A stretch of 64,000 nt of DNA. Source: Cercozoa sp. M6MM (lineage: Eukaryota; Protista; Endomyxa: Ascetosporea). Every line of letters begins with the position of its first letter. The first letter of the stretch is position 1. Below the pieces are notes generated by a model. That model was not told the origin of the DNA. It did not search any database and saw only the letters and a program-made list of their open reading frames with translations. Position numbers and translations under genes: made by a program. Of the stretch, positions 54,115 to 64,000 are shown piece after piece. The stretch lies in NCBI GenBank assembly GCA_040357565.1, contig JBDODJ010000010.1; one strand, given 5' to 3'.

Positions 54115-56371
54115 GAATCCACAAAGTCGTTGTGAGTATCTACAGGAAGAGGAAGGGGTCACGCCGATACGTGACGTCTTCTACTTGTCGTGTGGACTGG
54201 TACTTTACCCCACCTCACTATATCTATGCTTACTTACTCCTCCTTTGGATGATTTACTGCAGGTGCTGGCGCGCGACGACTCCACGGAACTCGCGTCGAG
54301 TGATATCTCGGTTTTTTATCTTTCTCCTGTTGCCCGCCTTTCTCTTTCCTCTTCACCTCCTCGCGCATAGCTGGTGACGGAAGAAACCTCGCTACTAGTG
54401 GCTGATGTCGTCACCGAGTGTACCACACTCAGTCTCTGTTCATTTTATTGGTACCCCCTGTGCACGTTCTTGCTGTTTGTTCCGCCCTGTAGCCGGTCAG
54501 CGTAGCGTTATCCAGGTGACACCGACGCAGGTCGTTGTTTTCGGCGCCGACATTTTCTCCGTTACGCTCGAATCATACCTCGTACTATGTTGGCCCCCAC
54601 CACCTGTTTTAACCGTATTTACCCCATCACCTCTGTCCCCAATCTCGTCGCAGGGCGAAGAGGAAGATGCTATCTGCGGTGCGTGCGTCGAAGGCGCGCT
54701 TCTGGCCCTGTGTTTGCAGTCGCAACGCGTGCTGCTGCTTCGACTAAACGACGAGGCCGTATCTGCCCTTGATCCTATTATCCCTTCCATTTGCCCCTGT
54801 CCCTTACCTGTGTCCGCTTTTTTTCGTGTAGATGCACAAGGTAGCACTCTTGTCAGATGCTTACGTGTGCGCCTTGTTGTTCGATGCCACTGGAGTCTCG
54901 GACGACCCGGTGATTGCCTTTGCCAGCAGAAGCGGTCGTCTGTCGCTACATTCGGTTTTTAATCCTCTTGGTCCCCTACTATCTATGCTATACTTACCTC
55001 CATTCCCACCCGCAGATCCAAAGCGACGGTACGACCGAATTGCCGATGCGAGTACCGGTGCGGGCCGTCGGCAGCGACGACGAGGCTAACGCCGAGATCG
55101 ATGCGCTGCACCTATCTCACATGCGCGACAACCGGTACTTGCTGCTACCCGCTCATTGTTGCTCAACACCCCCGTCTTCCCTGTTCCACTTGTGCGCAGT
55201 GCGAGTGACTCGGTGGCTACGCTGCTGATGGCGCGTTTCGCCGATGGCACCGTGCGTGTCTGGCGATCACTGGAGTACCTCAGTGTTTGTGGACACATGT
55301 TACTGTGTCACTGGGTGGGTTTTGCCTGTACAGCAAGCGCTTCGTGCGCATGCCGGGCGCCCGGCTACCGACGACGCGGCGTCCCGCCGAACAGACGCTC
55401 GCTGAGCGGCAGCGACAACGACTGGACGGTTTGTCTCTGCCATCACTCTGTTACACGCCCTGTTACCCCCTTGTACCTTTGGTATCTTTCTGCACAATAG
55501 GTCGTGATCCGGACAAGCGACGGCCGCGTGCATTCCACACGGTCGCGTTGGACCAGGCACGGTGTGGCGATGCACTCGGAGGTACCCTATGTACGTCTTG
55601 TGTACTCTTGTTTACCCGTCTTTCCCACAGCACGGACGGAGGCAAGCACGGGTGTTATTGTCTGTGGCTGGCGACCGATGATGCTTCGGTGCGTGCGTGA
55701 TGCACTGCTGGCACACGAGGTAGTCTGCCACAGAAGGAGGGAGAATGCAGATTGGAGGGAGATTGAATCCAGTTTGGAAGCAATACTCTCTGTCGGTGTA
55801 GCTATATGCCCCGGCCGGCATCGCCACGATGACCGCGACAGAGAGCGGTTTCTGTCTGCTATCCAGAGGGGTGCACAATGCCGACGACGACGAGGATGTA
55901 ATCTCTCCGCATTTGTTCATTTGACCATGTGTGTACGTGTGTGTGTGTCCTCTTGTAGGACCGGCGGTTGCAACGTGCACACCTTCCTGTGGTATGCGCA
56001 TTGTCTGCGTATATTGTCCTGTTATCCCCGGTCGTGCAGAACGTGTGCACCGACACGGAGCTGCCGATGCGTCGTGTTTCTCTCCCATCGGTACTGATGA
56101 AAATATGCTCGCACATGCATGTGAATAAGCGAGCCAAAACAATTCAGTGCACGCCGACGAAATTGGTGGTGACCAAGGAACACGTCGTTGTGGCAGCCTC
56201 CACTGCTGTCTGTTTGACTCTTTGCCCCCTCTCCGTTATTCGTATTCTACCCTTTTCTGGTGCAGGAAGGTAATCGGCTGTACCTGCTGCGACGCGAGGA
56301 AAACCTGCATCTCGTGCATACCTACGACTTGTTCGATGGTACTTCTGTGTGTGTATGTGTGTGTGTGTGTG

Positions 56372-56425
<54 letters not shown>

Positions 56426-58906
56426 CACTGTCTTGTGTGCCATATTCCTTGGGTGATTCAGAGGATGAGCGGATTACCGCGCTGGCGACGGTGTCACTGG
56501 ACGAACCAATTGGTACCACCTTGTATGGCATTTTTTAATTGGGCGGGCGACTTACATATGCATCTTGTAGGTGGCCTCAAGGACAGCTATTCCGACGACG
56601 AACCGCCGACACAAGTGGGTAGCACGGGTAGTTTGAAGGTGTCTACTCTTTGGCACTCCCCCCATGTGTCCGTGAATAGGCGAAAGCAAACATTCGGTGC
56701 GACCACGCGACGAAGATGGCGTTCTGACGCAGCTATTGCAACAGCAGACTCTGTCCCATCACTCCTTTGTCCCTCCCCTGTTGCCCCTGTTGCCCTTGTT
56801 GCCCACGCTGTTTACGTTACCTGTTGCGTCTTCACCCTTTCGCAGGCACGCACAGCGACACTTGCCGCCGCAGGCACTCACTGCACTCAACCTGTAGGAC
56901 CCTGCTGCTTTCCTACCCGTTACCTCGTGAATCTTGTGCCTCGTTCCATCTCCTCCACCGCAGAGCACCGTCTGGCCCGAAACGTGCGCTACAGCGACAC
57001 CAGCGACAGGTGCGTTCTGTGTGCACGTGCACATCTATCTCCTCGCTTTTTCTCCCTATCTCCCGACCTAACCGGTCTACCGAATGACAGTTGGATGCTG
57101 CACGCCGACGCTTCCGCGACTGGCACAAGCTGCGGTACAGTTTTTTTGTCCCTTCCCCTACTCTGGTAACGCTGCTGTAATTACAGCACCAGAAGGCGAG
57201 TCTTTATCGCCGTCGGTACTGGCCAGGTATGCGCGGCTTTAAATCCCTCCTTCTTCTGTGTCACACCCCGATGTCGTATCAATAGGAACTTACGGAAGGT
57301 GGTGGTGAGTCACGCGGCCGTCTGTTGCTGCTGCGCGTTCAGGAGGTAGAACATGGCTCCGTTGCCTCTCAATATCACCCATGTGACCTTGCTTGCAGAA
57401 CGAACTGGACACAGCTTTCTTCCGCGCGGAAGTGCGACCGGTGACAGCACTGGCATCTGCACAAGGCTGCTTGGTGGCGGCGCTGTGTGAGCAGGTGCTA
57501 CAGTTTCGCTGGAACGGCGAGCAGCTCGTCGGCGCCGCGTGGCATCAGGTATGTTTACACGTCCCCTCCTTTTACTTCTACTTCTATCACCCGCCTTCCT
57601 GGTGCAGGCGGAAAGTATCGTCTCGGAGATCGCCGTTTGCGGTCGCGTCCTCGTTGTGGCTGACTTATTCTCTTCCGTGCAGGTGCTTCTCTTGATTCCC
57701 TTGTACACCCAATGTACGCTCCCTTCTCTGTGTGATCTTGCAGGTGGCTTCGTTGGAGACACGCAATGCACGCATCGCACTTTTAGTAATCCATGCATAT
57801 GCGGGCGGGCGACGCACCCGAATATGGATGCTGCGTATGCTCTGTGCAGGGCAGAGACACGGTGCCACTCGGCGCAGTTGCTTGCTCCTACAGCATCGTC
57901 AACATCGGTGCCTTCTCGCTCCTTGGACCACCATATTTCTCACCATGGTGCTCTGCAGACAAGACAGGCACTCGCTTGTTCGAAGTCCTTCTGGCAGACA
58001 AGAAGCACAACCTCGTACCATGCCCGCCCTTCCCTGTGTACTCACTATTCCTTGCTCTCAGGTATCCATGGCACTGCGCACGAAGTCGCCACCGGCACCG
58101 CACACCACGACCGCCTCGTTGAGGCCACTCGTGCATGTGGCAGATTTTGTACCTGCCCCTACGCTGTTTGCCTGAGTTCTCTTACCCCCCCCCCCCACCC
58201 AGGGCGATGTGGCACCGGTCTCGCAGCTGCTGCGCTTTCGTACGCGGCGCGACCTAGCTCAAGACGAGTGCGAGCGCTTTGGCGTACTCTGTCTCAACAT
58301 CGCTGTGGCAGGTAGCTGTAACATTAATCGGCTTGGGCAGAACCTAGTGCTCGGACTTGACGGTAGCGTCTCGGCGCTTACGCCGATGCTCGAGGAGGAA
58401 CTCAACACGCTGGTACGAGTGCTGCCTACTGTACTCTCGTGATGATCTGCACTTGGTTTTCCTGGGAATATGCAGATTCGCGCTAGCACATTGCTTAAAC
58501 GTCGCTCCCCTGTACTCAGAAGCTCTTTACCGTTACACCTTCCCTTTATTTGCTGCTTTACCGCAACATTGTTGGCGACAGGTCGTGTCGCGTCACTGGC
58601 GCAAGGCACGCATCGAACCATCGAAGCACCAGGAACTCGTACGATGCCTTTATGTTTTTGAGTGTCTAGGTGTGTCAGTGCGACTGGGTGGAGGAGGAGT
58701 GACAATGTTGTTTGTCGGTTCAGCGCGGCAATATCGTCGATGGCGAGGTGTTCTACAACAACGCCGACGATGCTTTCGTTCCGGGTAGGCTCTGTACTTT
58801 ACTCGACCTACTCCGCTCCTGCGTGTATGTGTGCGGATCGCTTGCTCTCGCAGATCCGGCCAAGGAGACATTACTGACCATGGATCTTTTGGCGCGTTGG
58901 TTCTGA
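50238..58906 (+). CDS. CPSF1: Cleavage and polyadenylation specificity factor subunit 1 (CPSF160)-like beta-propeller protein, very many exons
   Basis: VIQVTP, GVIVCGWRP, FIAVGTG..SRGRLLL, PVTALA..GCLVAA, LVGAAW, VLVVADLFSSVQ, GLDGSV..LTP, NIVDGE; start approximate. Confidence 0.75.
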
Positions 58907-59221
58907 CTCGACCCGGCCGACTTGATACCGACGTCATGCCGTCCCGTCCGTACGCGTACCCGCGCCGAAGTTCGATAAATTTGCCTCCGCTTGGCTCTCA
59001 TGACCAACTCGGATCGATGCGATCCATCGCATGCACTGGGCATGTCGGGTCAGATGAACGGATTGCTTCGCTTGATTGCGACCGGCGCGTGGTTCAGTTC
59101 AACACGAGCCTCGTTTGTTCATGATCAAGTAAAATATAAGTCTGACAAAGTCGATATTCAGTAGTCGAGTTTCGTTTGTTCGGTCTGACACGACTGTGAG
59201 TATCGCCTCGCGGGGCTCCCA

Positions 59222-59347
<126 letters not shown>

Positions 59348-59435
59348 GCACTGGCGTCAAAAAGTAGTAACTTAAGTCCACCCTGGATTGGTGCAGGGGC
59401 TATTGGTCCCATACAGCACAGACTCAACCAACGGA

Positions 59436-62400
59436 CTACGCTAGTTCGTTGCTTGCGTTGACTCGGCGGTAGAAGTAGCAGAAACCAAGACCGAACGGAG
59501 GCTGCTGAGACTCAAAAACGCGCTCGTCGTCGAATAGGTGCCACTGTTGTGTTGCCGGGTCACGCACATGTGCCTATTATGAACCATACAAACGGCTACC
59601 GCACACCAGCCATACACAATTCAGGATACCACATAGTGCCCATGCGCGGTGTTGTTGCCCAGGTGACTCACGATGCCAAACAGCTCGTACTGCGGCGCGT
59701 CCTTGTTGTCGACACCCTCGTCCTTCACGAAAAACCGGTGCGCACTGGCTTTTGGGATGTGACGTAGGGAAGGGTGAGTTTACCTGCTGCTGCTGCTGTG
59801 GCTCGTCGGTCATTCGGCCGGCGTCGTTGTCGTACACACCCGCCTGCAGCTCCTCCTTCGCACAAAACAGCACAAGTCGAGGGAGGAGGAGAAGAGAATG
59901 ACAGGATGATACAGTGTGCGAGAAGAGCCACTCCACGGCGCGATTGGCGTCGCCAGCGCACTGTTGTAGCGCCACGCGGCAGTGTGGTGCGGGGAAACCC
60001 ATGCTGTGCAGCATCATCACAGATTCGTCGCTCACCTAAGGTGGCAGGCACAGTGCTTGTATGAAAACACAGACACATACACAGACACAGACCAACAGAC
60101 CCACAAACAAACAGCAAGTGCGAAGGACATATTTAAACACACCGCGGCCGAGGCGGACGAGACGGAAGGAAGCGGGTCGTTCAGGTCAGGGTCCTCGAGA
60201 TGCGAGAAGAGCCAGGTCGCCGCCGCGTCGGCCGAGGCTACCGAGGATACAGCATCCAGCAGACAGCGACATGGCATGAGAAAGCTCTACCATTATCGAC
60301 AGCAAGAGCAGCGCGCACGGCCGCGTTCTCCGAGAAGCCCATGCCTTGCAGCGCCTGTATTCTCAAAGAACACGCATACATCTCGCTGTCTTTGAGGAGA
60401 ACACTAAAGCACCTGAACAATGTTCGGGTTGGCATTGGGACGCTGCTCGGCACCACCTCCAGCCGGCAACAACTGCGCAAACCCCAGGTGCTGACCACAC
60501 AAGAAAAAAACGGCGCAAGCACCACTTCGTCGTCGGGCTTGCGGTGCGAGCGCAAAGCCGTCAGGTCCAGTTGTTTCGGCATCTCAACGACGGCACCGAT
60601 TTTTCGCGGTTGCCACGTAGTCTACACAGATACACAAGCACACAACAGTCCGCATATCGTGGAGAAAGAGAGAAGAAAAAGCCAGACACCTCATCCAAAA
60701 CGTAGCGTTGCAGGTGAATGCACAAGTAGGGAGGGAACTGCGTCATACGCTGCGTCTGCTGCGCCAGTCCAAGCTGCGCATTCATGTACATAGACATATA
60801 TATATATCTATATATAACTCGCATGGTGAGGGTATGAAGAACACATTACCTGCTGCGTAACAGGTGAGCGGAAGTCGGCGATATCGGCCACCTGGCATGA
60901 GAGCAAAGACACAATACTACGCACAGTGTCTACGCAGAAGAAAGGGTACAGCAGCAAACTCAGAGAGGCAGTCCTCAAACAAGACCTGGCGATCAGACGA
61001 GTCGGTCGGATTCGCGGTCTCCTCCGCAGTCTGACACACGCCAAGTACATGTCGCAACACCAACAAGAGCAACCAGAGCAGTAGAAAACTACAAGAACAA
61101 AAACAGCAAAAACAAACCTCCAACCGCTTTGACTTGTTCAGCGGAATCGGTAGCGACAGCGACGGCAAATCCTTGGTCTGCAAACACACGCCATACGTGC
61201 TCATATAACAGGCACGGAAGCGGGGAGTACGTGCGTACCTGCGAGTAGCGCACTTGCTGCGACTGTGCGCACTGCAGACGCTGCTGCATGTCGAAGCGGA
61301 ACAAGGACGACACCAGGTGCGCTCTGTTTCCACAAAAAATGCCATGCGTACACATACACACTTTAATATGAGAGTGGAGGAGGTAAGCCTACTCTGAGCG
61401 ACCAGCGCGGCGCTGCTGGTCGCGATCCAGGAACTCGAGCAGGTGCTCCCTGTGTCGTGCAAACACACGGGGTACTTGACCTGAGCAGCGTACAAAGGAA
61501 GCTACCAGTAATGATGTGCATCCTGCTGCAGGTTCGTTTGGAACTCATCGTGGCCACGTCCAATGATCTATTCAAAAATCAAAAATGTCGGCGAGATATT
61601 GTATGCTTCATACATGAGCATATGCAAGGACGCACTTGTCTCAGAAGAAGTGGCACAACAGCAGTGTCGAAGGGCTGCACCCAAGTGTCGTTACTGTCTT
61701 TCTCTGTGGAAAGGCATGCGTTCATTATATGAAACGATAAAGGCGACTGAGGGTTTACCCTTTGGAGTGCGCCAGAGTTTCTCGCCCAAAGGAAGCTCCT
61801 CCTGCTTACACGTATCCAGTGCCACGAAAATGAAGATATCCGAGTGCGGTACCGTGAGTCGTAGCGGCAAGTTTTCACCGTCGGTTTCCTCCTGTGCAAA
61901 CGGAGCGAAACACAAGTAGACGTATATGTACCGACACGAATTCGGAGAGAATCTTGGATGAACGCAAGGACACAAGGTACGGTGGAAACGAGTGCATGCT
62001 GCGCGAACTCGCTACCAACGGCACGAAACAGCTTGCCCAGTTGAACCTACACAGAAACACACACATGTCCAAAAGTGTCATGTCCAAAAGTGTGCAGCAT
62101 GTCTTGCGACACATGATATATACGTTAGGTTTGGCCGAAAAAGGTACCTCAACATCCATGTGCGGCTCGCCGGTCACGTCAACTGGCTGATCCTGTCCAC
62201 AAAACCGACTTGATCGCCTGGGCACAGGGACAGTGCACATGTGTACCGCGTACTTGGCACGCACTTCCGGAATCGACAGCAGGATCTGCGTACACACAAG
62301 TAGAAAAGAAAGCACTCGGGTGCGTGTATGTTGAAAAGGTATAAACCTGCATGACAGAGTTGAAGTAGCACGAGTTGCCAGTGTTGCCGAGTCCGATCTG

Positions 62401-63952
62401 CACAGCAGGACTCACACATTTCCTCTCTTTTGGCAGAAAGAAGTATCAGGAACACGCACCAGGAAGGGTCCCGCCACTGGCTGCTTTCGGATGCCCTTTT
62501 CCTGCAGGGTACATGTGTGCATGCATCATCAACAAAAAACGCTGTTGCACAACAAGGGTACCACGATGCGGCCGAATTGCCAGTTGCTGTTGAGTGCGAC
62601 TTCCAACTCGTCCATTGTCTTGGAGGTGCGTCGCATTTGCTGCACACCGCCACAGACTCACACATACACATACACATACACGTCGTAGAACAACACGAGA
62701 TAAAAGCCTACCGACATGTCAATGCCCCAATGCGCCAACAGCTGCGCCAAACGTTCGCGAGGGATTGTCACCTGCCGTACCGGGAGGAGGGTGACAGTAA
62801 ATTGAGCCAGGATAGCAAGGGAGAAGCTACCATGCGGTCCTCGTCCTTGGCATAGCTGTAGACATCAGCACCGAGCGGGTTGACAGTGCCCAGTTTCACA
62901 CTACACACGAAAGCAGGCAGGTCTCCGGCATAAGAGAGAGAGAGAGAGAGAACGGCAGGGCAGAGCAGTGGTACACAAGTGGGTACTGCCGGCCAGTGTT
63001 CTCATAGTGCGTCAGGGCACCATCAGTGCCACCACTGCCGTCCCACTGTCGTCAAAACCGCAAAAAAATGATACATACCGCACTGCAGAACACATCCACT
63101 GTGTGAGCTCGGTACCTGGCGACGACCACTACCGATGTGTCCCGTCGACAGGTTGAGCCACAAGTTGTCGCCTGTGTAGCCTGTCTCCTGGCACACCCAC
63201 TACAACGAGCGACAGACGTCACGACAATGTTTATAGTCATACACGCAACACCAGTGTCCCAAGGTACTGTGGAAGAGTCCATAGGGACATTCTTGGAGCC
63301 GTCGTTGTTCGACAGCTGCGGCAGTGCGGCGGAGTACTTGCTTTCGGGGCGTTTCTCCTCGCCCACTGAGGAGGTAGAGTGAGATAAAGGGCACAGGGGG
63401 GCAAGGAGTATGGAGGCTACCCTGGAACTGCTCCAGTTGCGCCGCATCGGCGTGCATGCAGATGGCCTTGATGCAGGCTGGCAGTGGTTCCGGAAGCGTT
63501 TCCATGTGATCTATGGAACAGTACAATACGAGAGCAGGCTGCATAGAGATGCCGAGATAAATATTCGTACCCAAGTCATCGAACGGCACGGCGAGACGAC
63601 GGAACTTGTCCGGCACTGGCATCAACACACATCCATTTTGGGGAAAACACACACACATACACACGGCACACATCAAAACAGCAATAGTACAGTTGTCATC
63701 GCCAACGAGAACGACGACAGCATACTCCTTGCGCCAAGTCACCTGCTCCACAATAACCATACGCACGTACACACCGATATCCAAACAAAGTACGCAGAGA
63801 CACAACAGTCGAACATACCTGTGCGGCAGGCAGTTCAAAATCCGACATTTTCTTTGGCTGCGTTTGCGTCTCTTTGGCACTGGTGGCGCTGTCATTCGCC
63901 GCTTCTCGCAGCACACGAGTCCAGCGACGCCTGTGTCGATCCAACAACGTAT

Positions 63953-64000
<48 letters not shown>
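59436..64000 (-). CDS. USP5: Ubiquitin C-terminal hydrolase USP5/USP13 (isopeptidase T)-like, 5' end outside window
   Basis: ZnF-UBP region VKLGTV..ADVYSY..ED; GLGNTGNSCYFNSVMQ; two UBA domains (MGFSENAA..WLFSHLEDPD; MGFPAP..RAVEWLFSH); YELFGIVSHLG..HGHYV, WHLFDDERV. Confidence 0.9.

Overview
Eukaryotic nuclear DNA, probably from a protist (organism not identifiable from sequence alone). It is very intron-dense (mostly 40-70 nt GT-AG introns with degenerate donors) and uses the standard genetic code, so the ORF track shows only exon fragments; gene models below were spliced by hand and their ends are approximate. Recognisable genes: an ACX4-like acyl-CoA oxidase/dehydrogenase (partial), a GT60 GlcNAc-transferase, a degenerate ferrochelatase fragment, XPF/ERCC4, a CCHC zinc-knuckle protein, a CAMK-group kinase, AP-2 sigma, a DEK1-like multi-transmembrane calpain, CCT7, a CPSF1-like protein and USP5/13 (partial). 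Main discovery: a ~28-exon minus-strand gene (7050-10614) that splices into one open frame joining an S1-S4 voltage-sensor domain to a full-length bestrophin domain lacking the Ca2+-clasp. This is a candidate voltage-gated bestrophin. Second: a complete intron-containing Merlin (IS1595/ISXO2-like) DNA transposon with terminal inverted repeats and a 9-bp target-site duplication, inserted into a small dispersed repeat that sits 3' of genes.
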